Positions 28,491 to 37,499 of a DNA stretch of 64,000 bases are shown here, piece by piece; position 1 is the first letter of the stretch, and each line of letters starts with the position of its first letter. Source of the stretch: Hyphomicrobiales bacterium (GTDB taxonomy: Bacteria; Pseudomonadota; Alphaproteobacteria; Rhizobiales; CBDCVD01); contig OZ244974.1 in NCBI GenBank assembly GCA_965222955.1, positions 2,178,977 to 2,242,976 on the forward strand, written 5' to 3'. The notes beneath the pieces were generated by a model that saw nothing but the letters and a program-made list of their open reading frames with translations, was not told the origin of the DNA and did not search any database. The translations under genes and the position numbers were made by a program.

Positions 28491-28633
28491 AGGCGCTGTC
28501 CGTCGCCCAGGGCGCCATGAGCGCCGCACCGAAGTGGCATCCTGATCGTATTGCGACAGATTTTTGCGCTTTTACAACCCACAGAAAACGCGGTAAAGAT
28601 GCCACATACATGTCCGCTGGGAGCATCAGAACC

Positions 28634-30001
28634 ATGACCGGAAACCTCACATTCGATCAGTTGAAAGCGCAGGTGGCCGACGGCGCTATCGATACCGTCC
28701 TCGTCTGTCTGGTTGACATGCAGGGCCGCCTGATGGGCAAGCGCTTTCACGCCAGGACGTTTGTCGACAGCGCCTATAAGGAAACCCACTGCTGCACCTA
28801 CCTTCTGGCGACCGATCTGGAAATGGCGACCCCCCACGGCTACGCCGCCAGCAGTTGGGAAAAGGGCTATGGTGATTACGTGATGCGCCCTGATCTCGAT
28901 ACGTTGCGATCGGTCCCGTGGCTGGAGGGCACCGCCATGGTATTGTGCGATGTCCTTGATCACCACAATCATGAGGACGTCCCCCATTCTCCCCGAGCGG
29001 TCCTGAAGCGCCAACTGGCGCGGCTTGAGGATTTGGGATATACGCTAAAGGCGGCAACGGAACTGGAATTTTTCCTCTTCGCCAAAAGCTATGAGGAACT
29101 GCGCCGCAACGGCTATCGCGATCTGGAGCCCGTCAGCGGCTATAACGAAGACTATCATATACTGCAGACCAGCCGCGAGGAAGGGGTGATGCGGCGCGTA
29201 CGCAATCATCTGTTCGACGCCGGTATTCCTGTCGAGAACTCCAAGGGTGAAGCGGAGAGCGGACAGGAGGAACTCAATATTCGCTATAGCGACGCAATGC
29301 TGTGTGCCGATTATCACGCCATTGCCAAACACGCCATCAAGGAGATCGCCTGGCAGCAGGGGCACGGAGCGACGTTTCTGTCCAAATGGGACCACCGCCG
29401 GGTGGGCAGTTCGGCCCATATTCATCAATCCCTTTGGACCCGCAATGGCGATCCCGCCTTTTACGACGCCAACGGCGCGCACGCCATGGCGGACACGATG
29501 GGCCACTATATCGCCGGTCTGATGGCCTATGCGCCCGATACGACATTCTTTCTCGCGCCCTATATCAATTCCTACAAGCGCTTTGCCGCTGGCACCTTTG
29601 CGCCGACCAAGATCGTCTGGTCGATCGATAACCGTACCGCTGCCTTTCGTTTGTGCGGCGCCGATACGCGTGCCGTTCGCATCGAATGCCGCATTGGCGG
29701 CGCCGACCTGAACCCCTATCTTGCTCTTGCGGCGCAACTGGCGGCAGGCATCAAAGGATTGCAAGAAAAACGTCCCCTGCCCCCGGCGGCCACGGGAGAT
29801 ATATACACCGCACAGGACGCGCACAATATTCCGGCCAACCTGAGCGATGCGGCGCGCGCGTTGCGGCGATCGACCATGCTGCGCGAAGCGTTTGGCGATG
29901 CGGTCGTGGATCACTATGTGCGCGCCGCCACCTGGGAGATCGAGGAATTCGAGCGTATCGTGACCGATTACGAAGTAGCGCGCGGTTTTGAAAGGGCGTA
30001 A
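28634..30001 (+). CDS. glutamine synthetase family protein (gamma-glutamyl-amine synthetase type, PuuA/GlnA-like)
   Basis: 455 aa from ATG 28634 (MTGNLTFDQLKAQVADGAIDTVLVCLVDMQGRLMGKR). GS catalytic-domain motifs: ELEFFLF, NSKGEAESGQEELNI, SSAHIHQSLW, NSYKRF, IECRIGGADLNPYLA. The track ORF start at 28433 reads through repeat E9. Confidence 0.85.
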   Translation: MTGNLTFDQLKAQVADGAIDTVLVCLVDMQGRLMGKRFHARTFVDSAYKETHCCTYLLATDLEMATPHGYAASSWEKGYGDYVMRPDLDTLRSVPWLEGTAMVLCDVLDHHNHEDVPHSPRAVLKRQLARLEDLGYTLKAATELEFFLFAKSYEELRRNGYRDLEPVSGYNEDYHILQTSREEGVMRRVRNHLFDAGIPVENSKGEAESGQEELNIRYSDAMLCADYHAIAKHAIKEIAWQQGHGATFLSKWDHRRVGSSAHIHQSLWTRNGDPAFYDANGAHAMADTMGHYIAGLMAYAPDTTFFLAPYINSYKRFAAGTFAPTKIVWSIDNRTAAFRLCGADTRAVRIECRIGGADLNPYLALAAQLAAGIKGLQEKRPLPPAATGDIYTAQDAHNIPANLSDAARALRRSTMLREAFGDAVVDHYVRAATWEIEEFERIVTDYEVARGFERA

Positions 30002-30002
30002 C

Positions 30003-31382
30003 ATGACAGGGACACTGCAATGCATCTCACCCGTTGACGGATCGGTGTATGCCAGCCGGGCCGTGCTTTCAGCCGCCGCGGCAAAGGCCGCCGCCGCACG
30101 TGCCAGACACGCGCAAAGGGAATGGGCAGCCCGCCCCATAAAGGAGCGTATCGCTCTGATAAATGCAGGCATTGCGGCGCTCGGCGCCATGAACGACGCC
30201 ATCGTGCCCGAACTCGCCTGGCAGATGGGACGACCGATCCGCTACGGGGGCGAGTTCGGCGGCGTTAAGGAGCGCGCCGATTACATGGCCGGCATAGCCC
30301 ATGAGGCGCTGGCGGACCTGTCGATCGCCGATGATGCGCAGTTTCGCCGCGTTATAAAACGCCTTCCTCACGGGGTGGTTCTTGTGATCGCGCCCTGGAA
30401 CTATCCCTATCTGACGGCCGTTAACACGATTGTGCCGGCGCTGATTGCAGGCAATACGGTGCTGCTCAAACATGCAACCCAGACATTGCTTGCGGGCGAG
30501 CGTTTGGCGGAAGCATTTCACAATGCCGGTGTACCGCCAGATGTGTTTCAGAACGTGTTTCTCGATCACCAGACGACGGCCGATCTTATTGCCGCGCGCT
30601 GTTTCGATTTTATCAATTTTACCGGCTCCGTTGCCGGCGGCGCCGCCATGGAGCGGGCCGCGGCCGGCACCTTCACCGGTCTTGGCCTTGAACTCGGTGG
30701 CAAGGATGCGGGGTATGTCATGGACGATGCGCCCCTGGAAGCGGCGGCCGAGACCCTGATCGACGGCGCCATGTATAATTCCGGCCAGTGTTGTTGCGGC
30801 ATCGAGCGCATTTATGTGGCGAAATCGCTTTTCGATGATTTTGTCGAAAAGGCGGTATCCATCGTGCACGCCTATCGTCTTGGCGATCCTCTTGACGAGG
30901 AAACGACCCTTGGGCCCATGGCGCAGGTGCGCTTTGCCAATGCGGTGCGCGGCCAGATCGAGGACGCCTTGCAAAAGGGAGCGCGGGCCCATATCGCGCC
31001 CTTTGCGGCGGATGATGGCGGCGCGTATCTGGGCCCGCAAATCCTGACAAATGTCACCCATGACATGAGGGTGATGCGCGAGGAGAGTTTTGGCCCGGTG
31101 GTCGGCATTATGGCGGTTGAGGATGACGACGAGGCGCTGCGGCTTGTCAATGACAGTCATTTCGGTTTGACAGCATCCCTTTGGGGCACTGACGTGACGC
31201 GGGTTGAAGCTCTGGCCGATGGTATTGAGACAGGCACGGTGTTTATGAACCGCTGCGATTATCTTGATCCGGCGCTGTGTTGGACCGGTTGCAAGGATAC
31301 CGGGCGCGGCGGCGGGTTATCGGTAATCGGCTATCACAATCTGACAAGACCGAAGTCTTATCACCTGAAAAAGGTAAGCTGA
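30003..31382 (+). CDS. NAD(P)-dependent aldehyde dehydrogenase family protein
   Basis: VIAPWNYP, FTGSVAGG, ELGGKD, GQCCCGIERIYV (catalytic Cys), EESFGPV. Start at ATG 30003, one nt after the upstream stop. Confidence 0.9.
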   Translation: MTGTLQCISPVDGSVYASRAVLSAAAAKAAAARARHAQREWAARPIKERIALINAGIAALGAMNDAIVPELAWQMGRPIRYGGEFGGVKERADYMAGIAHEALADLSIADDAQFRRVIKRLPHGVVLVIAPWNYPYLTAVNTIVPALIAGNTVLLKHATQTLLAGERLAEAFHNAGVPPDVFQNVFLDHQTTADLIAARCFDFINFTGSVAGGAAMERAAAGTFTGLGLELGGKDAGYVMDDAPLEAAAETLIDGAMYNSGQCCCGIERIYVAKSLFDDFVEKAVSIVHAYRLGDPLDEETTLGPMAQVRFANAVRGQIEDALQKGARAHIAPFAADDGGAYLGPQILTNVTHDMRVMREESFGPVVGIMAVEDDDEALRLVNDSHFGLTASLWGTDVTRVEALADGIETGTVFMNRCDYLDPALCWTGCKDTGRGGGLSVIGYHNLTRPKSYHLKKVS

Positions 31383-31383
31383 G

Positions 31384-32529
31384 ATGGAACTTACAGGTAA
31401 CTGGTCATATCCCACATCCATTCGCTTTGGCGCCGGGCGCATTGCCGAACTGGCGGCGGCCTGCGCTGAGGCGGGAACCGCAACCCCCCTGCTGGTGACC
31501 GATCGTATCCTTGCCAAGCTGGATATGACGAAAGGCGCATTGGCTTTGCTGGAGGAGGCGGGGCTGGGTGGCGCGCTCTTTTGCGACGTGGACGCCAATC
31601 CCACCGGGGCCAATCTTGCCGCCGGGCTTGACGTTTATCGCGCCGGCGGCCACGACGGGGTGGTGGCATTCGGCGGCGGCTCGGCCCTGGATCTGGGCAA
31701 GGTCCTGGCGTTTATGAGCGGCCAGACTCGCCCCGTATGGGACTTTGAAGACATCGGAGATTACTGGAAGCGCGCCGATAGCGCCGCCATTGATCCCATC
31801 GTTGCCGTGCCAACCACGGCGGGAACCGGCTCCGAGGTGGGCCGCGCTGCGGTGATCACCGATACCGACATAAATGTAAAGAAGATAATCTTTCACCCGC
31901 TGATGCTGCCCAAAACGGTGATTTGCGATCCGCAACTAAGTGTGGGAATGCCGCCCCCCATTACTGCCGGCACGGGCATGGACGCCCTCGCCCACTGTCT
32001 GGAGGCGTATTGTTCCGCGCATTATCACCCCCTCTCCCAGGGCATTGCGCTGGAAGGGATGCGTCTGGTGAAGGAAAATCTGTTACAGGCCTATCGCCAT
32101 GGGGATGATTTGCGCGCCCGCGCCCATATGATGGCGGCGGCGGCCATGGGGGCGATTGCGTTCCAAAAGGGCCTCGGCGCCATCCACGCCTTATCGCATC
32201 CCATCGGCGCGCTCTACCATACCCATCACGGCACGACCAATGCGGTGGTGATGCCGGCGGTGTTGCGTTTTAATCGCCCTGCTATTGAGGGGCTGATCGA
32301 ACGCGCCGCCGCCTATCTGGAAATTGCGGGGGGATTTGAGGGATTTCTCGGCTTCGTCGGTGAACTCAACGATGCCCTGTCGATCCCGAGGACCTTAAGC
32401 GCCCTGGGAGTTAGGGATGCGCCCATGGATCGTCTTGTTACGGCGGCGCTTTCCGATCCGACCGCGTCCGGCAATCCGATCGAAATGACCCGGCAGAACA
32501 CCGCCGATCTATACGCCGCCTGTATGTGA
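31384..32529 (+). CDS. iron-containing (group III) alcohol dehydrogenase
   Basis: 381 aa. FGGGSALDLGK, PTTAGTGSE, DALAHCLEAY, HALSHPIGALYHTHHG (metal-binding His cluster). Confidence 0.9.
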   Translation: MELTGNWSYPTSIRFGAGRIAELAAACAEAGTATPLLVTDRILAKLDMTKGALALLEEAGLGGALFCDVDANPTGANLAAGLDVYRAGGHDGVVAFGGGSALDLGKVLAFMSGQTRPVWDFEDIGDYWKRADSAAIDPIVAVPTTAGTGSEVGRAAVITDTDINVKKIIFHPLMLPKTVICDPQLSVGMPPPITAGTGMDALAHCLEAYCSAHYHPLSQGIALEGMRLVKENLLQAYRHGDDLRARAHMMAAAAMGAIAFQKGLGAIHALSHPIGALYHTHHGTTNAVVMPAVLRFNRPAIEGLIERAAAYLEIAGGFEGFLGFVGELNDALSIPRTLSALGVRDAPMDRLVTAALSDPTASGNPIEMTRQNTADLYAACM

Positions 32530-32563
32530 CGCCAGGTGCCACCTGGAGCGTGTCAGATAAAAG

Positions 32564-32598
32564 AAATCCCCGCTCTTTTCATGCAAAGTGCGGGGATT
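32564..32598 (-). terminator. rho-independent terminator downstream of the OMP gene
   Basis: Stem AATCCCCGC (32565..32573) pairs with GCGGGGATT (32590..32598). On the minus strand it is followed by CTTTTATCT. It lies 30 nt after the OMP stop at 32628. Confidence 0.6.
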
Positions 32599-32627
32599 CT
32601 GATTATCGCGGACGGATCGACAAAACC

Positions 32628-33392
32628 TTAGAAGTGATAGTTCACACCGGCGCGAACGATGTGCATGCTGTAGTCAGCCTCAAGTTCATCACCGCTACCA
32701 AAATCAAGTACATCGCTGCCTAAATCAACGTACAGATACTCGCCTCTTAACGAGAAATTATCGGTGACCATATATTCAGCTCCAGCCCCGATGGTCCAGC
32801 CGAAGTCTGTTCCAGTTTCCGAAGTCGATCCGGACGCCACCGGGGTAGTCAGGTTGTATGAACCGGTTATCTTGGTGCCGGCGCCCGCGAGCCCACCAGT
32901 TGCATAAAGCAGCAGGCTGTCCATAGCGAAACCTGCTCGCAAACGTGCAGTCGCCAGCCATGTTTGCTTGAATTCCAAAGAAGCCGTGCCAGTAAACTGC
33001 GGCGGGCCAGCAACAGCTATAGTAGCTCTATTGGTTTGCTTGGCGTTAAAATAATCAGCGTCCAACTCGGCACCGATAACAAAGCCGTTGCTCAACTGCC
33101 AGTTCACACCGATCTGCCCGCCAATCAGGAATCCGTCAACGTCATCGAAGTCAAGCCAGTTGGCAAATCCGGAATTAGCCAAGTTTGGTCCGCGTCCTAC
33201 AGTATCCATGCTCGACATACCGTAGCCGCCGTTGATACCCACATAAAAGCCGTTCCATTTGGGCTGCAAATACGTATCCGGCGTCATATCAGCGACAGCC
33301 GGCGTATCGTACTGGGGCATATCGGCAGCTTGTGCTGCCGCTGGAACCAGCGCCGCACCAAGCACCAGGGCTGTCAGTTTAAAATTCTTCAT
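32628..33392 (-). CDS. outer-membrane beta-barrel protein (Omp25/OmpA-like porin family)
   Basis: Signal peptide MKNFKLTALVLGAALVPAAAQA, alternating beta-strand pattern, and C-terminal ..RAGVNYHF ending in an aromatic residue. Confidence 0.85.
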   Translation of the reverse strand: MKNFKLTALVLGAALVPAAAQAADMPQYDTPAVADMTPDTYLQPKWNGFYVGINGGYGMSSMDTVGRGPNLANSGFANWLDFDDVDGFLIGGQIGVNWQLSNGFVIGAELDADYFNAKQTNRATIAVAGPPQFTGTASLEFKQTWLATARLRAGFAMDSLLLYATGGLAGAGTKITGSYNLTTPVASGSTSETGTDFGWTIGAGAEYMVTDNFSLRGEYLYVDLGSDVLDFGSGDELEADYSMHIVRAGVNYHF

Positions 33393-33781
33393 TACTGCAT
33401 CACTCCATTCCGCATAAAATTGATAACACGACTACGGCAACCGTCTACCGGAAATCGTTCACTTCGCACTGACGATAGACCACAACGCCTATTTATCCGT
33501 CCTTTTGGTTAATGAAACGTTTTTGTGGCAAAAGCAAGATAAAACCGCACGATTAAAAAAATATTCAGTATTTCCCGACTTCGCGACGAAATGACCAAAC
33601 ATACGCCTATGCCATTGAAAATAACGCGCAAATTTCAGAAAAACCTCAAATTCGGACAAGATTCCCATATACAGAAGGCTCCATGAAGGCCATGAATATT
33701 TCACAATGATGAACAGATATTTATATATGAACAGTTATTCACAAACTCATCCGCCGAATCACTCGCGATTCATACAACCAA

Positions 33782-33881
33782 TACCAGCGGTATTGGCTTT
33801 TTTACACGCTGACTTGTGTATTCTGCTGAGAAGACAACGGTTTTAAACCGGGCCAGGAGTCAAACGCAAAGCCCCCTGGTA
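33782..33881 (+). mobile_element. family B MITE-like element, copy B2
   Basis: TACCAGCGGTATTGGCTTTTTTACACGCTGACTTGTGTATTCTGCTGAGAAGACAACGGTTTTAAACCGGGCCAGGAGTCAAACGCAAAGCCCCCTGGTA. The flanks are CAA and TAA. Confidence 0.8.
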
Positions 33882-33939
33882 TAATTCTTTTACAAACACG
33901 CGGGAATCTCCCATTGAGGGATAGCAGCACGCGGCATTC

Positions 33940-34116
33940 CTAGCCGCCGGCACCATCACGGCGCCCGGTCTCAGGATCGTCATCGTCATAAAGAATACGC
34001 TGCGCGGCACCATCGAGGTCTTCGAACTGGCCATTGCGCACGCACCACAAAAACACCAGCAACCCCCCACCGCCCAGAATCAGTGCCGCTGGAATCAGTA
34101 CCATAAGAGACGTCAT
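33940..34116 (-). CDS. ccoS: cbb3-type cytochrome oxidase assembly protein CcoS (FixS)
   Basis: Absent from the ORF track because it is under 60 aa. My own translation gives MTSLMVLIPAALILGGGGLLVFLWCVRNGQFEDLDGAAQRILYDDDDPETGRRDGAGG. One TM followed by W..R(N/S)GQFEDLDG...RIL.DDDD is the CcoS signature. Confidence 0.8.
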   Translation of the reverse strand: MTSLMVLIPAALILGGGGLLVFLWCVRNGQFEDLDGAAQRILYDDDDPETGRRDGAGG

Positions 34117-34406
34117 ATCATATCGCCTGTCCGTATCCCCGTGCTACCTGACGCCGGCCCTTCTCCCAATTTCCTTTGCCGGCAACGACAATCCCGCCGA
34201 CAAGCCCATTGACCAAAAAGCGCTGGCACTGATATACTATATGACAATAACACCCGATACAAACGCCTTCTTGAAGTGAATAGCCGGGCTTAAAGCCCGT
34301 TTGCAGCATCTTGTCAGCGTCCGGCGAACAGGCAACGCGACAGCCGCCTGTACCCACACCCAGGCCGCGCCAGGTCCTTAACAACAGCGATATTCAGAGC
34401 ACCCCC

Positions 34407-34574
34407 ATGGCAAAATCCGCAACTATCAAGATCAAACTCGTCAGCACGGCCGATACGGGCTACTACTACGTCACGAAGAAAAACGCCCGCACCATGACCG
34501 AAAAAATGACGATCAAGAAATACGATCCCGTCGTGCGCAAACACGTGGAATTTCGCGAGGCGAAAATCAAATAA
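34407..34574 (+). CDS. rpmG: 50S ribosomal protein L33
   Basis: [55 protein letters not shown] (55 aa). The track ORF 34311..34574 carries a spurious N-terminal extension. Confidence 0.95.
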   Translation: MAKSATIKIKLVSTADTGYYYVTKKNARTMTEKMTIKKYDPVVRKHVEFREAKIK

Positions 34575-34618
34575 CGACGCCAGCATATTCGCGTCAGTGG
34601 GTTTTATTGAGACACGCT

Positions 34619-35236
34619 CTAGCGCGAGTAGAACTCAATCACCAGATTCGGCTCCATCTGCACCGGATACGGCACGTCGGCCAGGGCCGGAATGCGCGTA
34701 AGTGAAGCCGTCATTTTCGTGTGATCGGCGTCGATATAGTCCGGCACATCGCGCTCAGGACTCTGCAGCGCCTCAAGAACGATGATCAGGTCTTTGGAGC
34801 GCTTGCGCACCTCAACCACATCGCCCACCTTGCAGCGATAGCTCGGGATATTAACCCGGCGTCCATTAACGCGCACATGGCCGTGATTGACGAACTGCCG
34901 TGCGGCAAACACCGTAGGGACGAATTTGGCACGATAAACGATGGCATCAAGGCGCCGCTCAAGCAGGCCGATAAGATTCTCTGACGTATCCCCCTTTTGC
35001 CGTGACGCCTCACTATAGATGCGCTTGAACTGCTTTTCCGTGATATTGCCGTAATAACCCTTGAGCTTTTGCTTGGCGCGCAATTGCAGTCCGAAGTCGG
35101 AATGCTTGCCGCGCCGGCGCTGGCCGTGTTGGCCGGGACCGTAGTCGCGCGTATTGACGGGGCTCTTCGGCCGCCCCCAGATGTTCTCACCCAGACGGCG
35201 GTCGATCTTATACTTCTGTGTATGGCGTTTTGACAT
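34619..35236 (-). CDS. rpsD: 30S ribosomal protein S4
   Basis: [26 protein letters not shown]..., 205 aa, with an S4 RNA-binding domain. Start at ATG 35236. The TAG stop is part of CTAG 34619..34622 at a family A one-arm fragment (GAGACACGCTCTAG). Confidence 0.95.
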   Translation of the reverse strand: MSKRHTQKYKIDRRLGENIWGRPKSPVNTRDYGPGQHGQRRRGKHSDFGLQLRAKQKLKGYYGNITEKQFKRIYSEASRQKGDTSENLIGLLERRLDAIVYRAKFVPTVFAARQFVNHGHVRVNGRRVNIPSYRCKVGDVVEVRKRSKDLIIVLEALQSPERDVPDYIDADHTKMTASLTRIPALADVPYPVQMEPNLVIEFYSR

Positions 35237-35385
35237 CGTGTCTTTCACCTCTTGGACAGCTTGCTGTGAAAACACGCCCTCCTTGCCCGCATTGCGGGCC
35301 GACAGGCAAGACAGCAAACACCATCGATGCGGCTTCACCAGTGGAGCTCTGAATTTGACGCTGCGAGAACGTGCCCGACAGCTAC

Positions 35386-35414
35386 CGGGACTCAAATGTC
35401 AAATTCGTTCCATC
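35386..35414 (+). repeat. 29-bp repeat G2 (copy of 18970..18998)
   Basis: See G1. It lies in the murI-rpsD intergenic region. Confidence 0.5.
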
Positions 35415-35506
35415 AGGGAAAACCACAGCCAAAAGCCTGAACCGCTTGCCACGGGTCGCGTGCCGGTCGTCCGGCGGCAGCTTTTTAGCGCGACTGGCGA
35501 CATTTG

Positions 35507-36376
35507 TCAAAGCGCAAATGGTAACGGCGCGCAGGCCAGCCAGTAGCGATCCAGAGCGGCGCGCAATGGCGGCGCCACGGGAGCATTCGAGGTAAAGTGA
35601 ATAACACCGGGGCGGGCATGAAGATGGTTCGTCATGAGGGGATCATCGTATTGGGTGGCCGTATCGCGGGCGCGTGCCTCATGCAACAGGGATGCGGCGC
35701 GGCGCGCGACCGCATGGGCGGGGCCCAGCCAGCGCACCGGCCACGATTGCAGGCGCACCAGTTCGCGCAGCAAAAACGGATAATGGGTACACCCCAGGAC
35801 GATGGTATCGCAGCGCCGCCCACCGTGACGGAAAAAGCACGGCGCGATATCGCTGGCGATCCTGCTCCCATTGATGGGCAGGCCTTGCAGATACGCCTCC
35901 GCCTGCGCCGCCAGATGCGCCGCCCCCACCAGACGGACCTCCCGTGCCGGCGCAAATTGATCAATGAGATTGCGCAAATAGGGCCGCTTTACCGTGGCTG
36001 GCGTCGCCAGAACGGCGATTGCGCCAGTCATCGATAACGCCGCCGCCGGTTTGATCGCCGGCACAATGCCAACAAAGGGAATGGAATACCGTGCCCGCAA
36101 CGCCGGCATGACGATCGTTGAGGCGGTGTTACAGGCAATCACGACCAGCGCCGGATCAATCGTGGCAATCGCGCGCTCCATGATCCGCTCCACCCGCGCG
36201 AGCAGTTCCCCATCCGCCATGCCGCCATACGGAAAGCGCGCATCATCAGCTATATAAATAATATCCGCATCGGGGATTTGTGCCTGGATATGGGAGAGCA
36301 CCGACAGCCCGCCGATGCCGGAGTCGAACAGCAAGACCGTATCCTGCGCGTCGTTTTTATCCCTCGCATCCGTCAT
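35507..36376 (-). CDS. murI: glutamate racemase
   Basis: LLFDSGIGGLSVL, IACNTAST and LGCTHYPFL (the two catalytic Cys motifs). Confidence 0.9.
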   Translation of the reverse strand: MTDARDKNDAQDTVLLFDSGIGGLSVLSHIQAQIPDADIIYIADDARFPYGGMADGELLARVERIMERAIATIDPALVVIACNTASTIVMPALRARYSIPFVGIVPAIKPAAALSMTGAIAVLATPATVKRPYLRNLIDQFAPAREVRLVGAAHLAAQAEAYLQGLPINGSRIASDIAPCFFRHGGRRCDTIVLGCTHYPFLLRELVRLQSWPVRWLGPAHAVARRAASLLHEARARDTATQYDDPLMTNHLHARPGVIHFTSNAPVAPPLRAALDRYWLACAPLPFAL

Positions 36377-37188
36377 GGAGACGGCTCCTGCGGTTCCATC
36401 GCACGCTCAAACGCGGCGATCACGCCGCGCAGGGCACGTACCTCGTTTTCGTTAAAGTCGGCACGCATAAACATGGTACGCAGGTTGCGCCGCATGGCGG
36501 TGCGCTTTTCGGGCGGATGGAAATAGCGCGCCGCGTCCAGGGCCCGTTCCAGATGGGCAAGCAGGGCAAGCAACTCCTCACGCGAGGCCGCCAGGGGCTC
36601 GCCCCGCACCGTGGAAGGCGCTGTGTTGTGCCGACTGGCGCTGTACCACTCATAGGCGATCAGCAATACTGACTGCGCCAGATTTACCGACGTAAATCGC
36701 GCATCGACGGGAAAATGCACCAGGCAATCGGCGGTCAGTATTTCCTCGTTGGTCAATCCCCATTTCTCCCGCCCGAAGAGGATACCGCAATGCCCCCCCT
36801 GGGCCAATTTTTGCCATAGAACCGGCATCAGCTGGCGCAGACCATACCGGGGCTTGGCCATATCGCGCCGGCGCGCGGTCGTCGCCACCACATAGTGCAG
36901 CCCCGTGACCGCCTGGGGCAGATCGTCAAATACCCGCACCCGGGAAAGGACATGATCGGCGCCGCTCGCCATGGCTGCCGCCCGCGGGTTCGGCCAGCCA
37001 TCGCGCGGCGCCACCAGACGCAGATCGCTTAGGCCGAAATTCGCCATGGCGCGCACCGCCGCACCGATATTCTCTCCCAATTGCGGCTCGACCAGGATTA
37101 TCGCCGGTTGCCGGCTTGGGGCACTGGACAGGGTACTGGACTGCTCCGTCATAGGCAGGCGAAACGGCTCCATCTCAAAATCGGCCAC
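36373..37188 (-). CDS. trmJ: SpoU/TrmH-family RNA 2'-O-methyltransferase (TrmJ-like)
   Basis: ILVEPQLGENIGAAVRAMANFGL N-terminal motif, C-terminal knot region LNLAQSVLLIAYEW, plus a TrmJ-type C-terminal extension. A 4-nt overlap (ATGA) with murI. Start may be a downstream ATG. Confidence 0.75.
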   Translation of the reverse strand: MADFEMEPFRLPMTEQSSTLSSAPSRQPAIILVEPQLGENIGAAVRAMANFGLSDLRLVAPRDGWPNPRAAAMASGADHVLSRVRVFDDLPQAVTGLHYVVATTARRRDMAKPRYGLRQLMPVLWQKLAQGGHCGILFGREKWGLTNEEILTADCLVHFPVDARFTSVNLAQSVLLIAYEWYSASRHNTAPSTVRGEPLAASREELLALLAHLERALDAARYFHPPEKRTAMRRNLRTMFMRADFNENEVRALRGVIAAFERAMEPQEPSP

Positions 37189-37302
37189 GGCAGGATCGGT
37201 GCGAATTCACGTTTATCGCTTTTCGCCCATACGCTTGTTTTATGATGATGCTGATTGATCTGTTATAATGAATTGTCAGGCGGGGCAAGCCTGTCCCGCC
37301 CA

Positions 37303-37365
37303 GATCAGCATGCGTTTAGCTTTACCGGTTTTGCCAGGGGTAAAGCGAAACGCATAAAGCTGATC
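37303..37365 (-). repeat. family D hairpin repeat, copy D2
   Basis: GATCAGCATGCGTTTAGCTTTACCGGTTTTGCCAGGGGTAAAGCGAAACGCATAAAGCTGATC. Confidence 0.8.
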
Positions 37366-37377
37366 ACCATGAAATTA

Positions 37378-37432
37378 GTTGAATGGGAAAAAGTGGACCG
37401 AGGCGAAGCCGAGGGAGTTTTTCACATTCAAC
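37378..37432. repeat. family C hairpin repeat, copy C3 (inverted core)
   Basis: GTTGAATGGGAAAAAGTGGACCGAGGCGAAGCCGAGGGAGTTTTTCACATTCAAC. Confidence 0.85.
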
Positions 37433-37437
37433 TTTGT

Positions 37438-37467
37438 AAGAACAACCTGTTGAGGTTACACAGATAG
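37438..37467 (-). repeat. family E terminus fragment (E10)
   Basis: AAGAACAACCTGTTGAGGTTACACAGATAG. Confidence 0.55.
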
Positions 37468-37499
37468 CTCCCCAATACGCACATCCCGATATATGGCGC

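Noticed and set aside
29045-31160. Two long minus-strand ORFs (385 aa and 363 aa)
   Set aside because: They are antisense to the GS-like and aldehyde dehydrogenase genes, which have clear family motifs. No independent support.
33843-34070. 75-aa track ORF on the minus strand
   Set aside because: It overlaps ccoS in a different frame. The ccoS frame gives a textbook CcoS sequence, whereas this one is Cys/Met-rich with no features.
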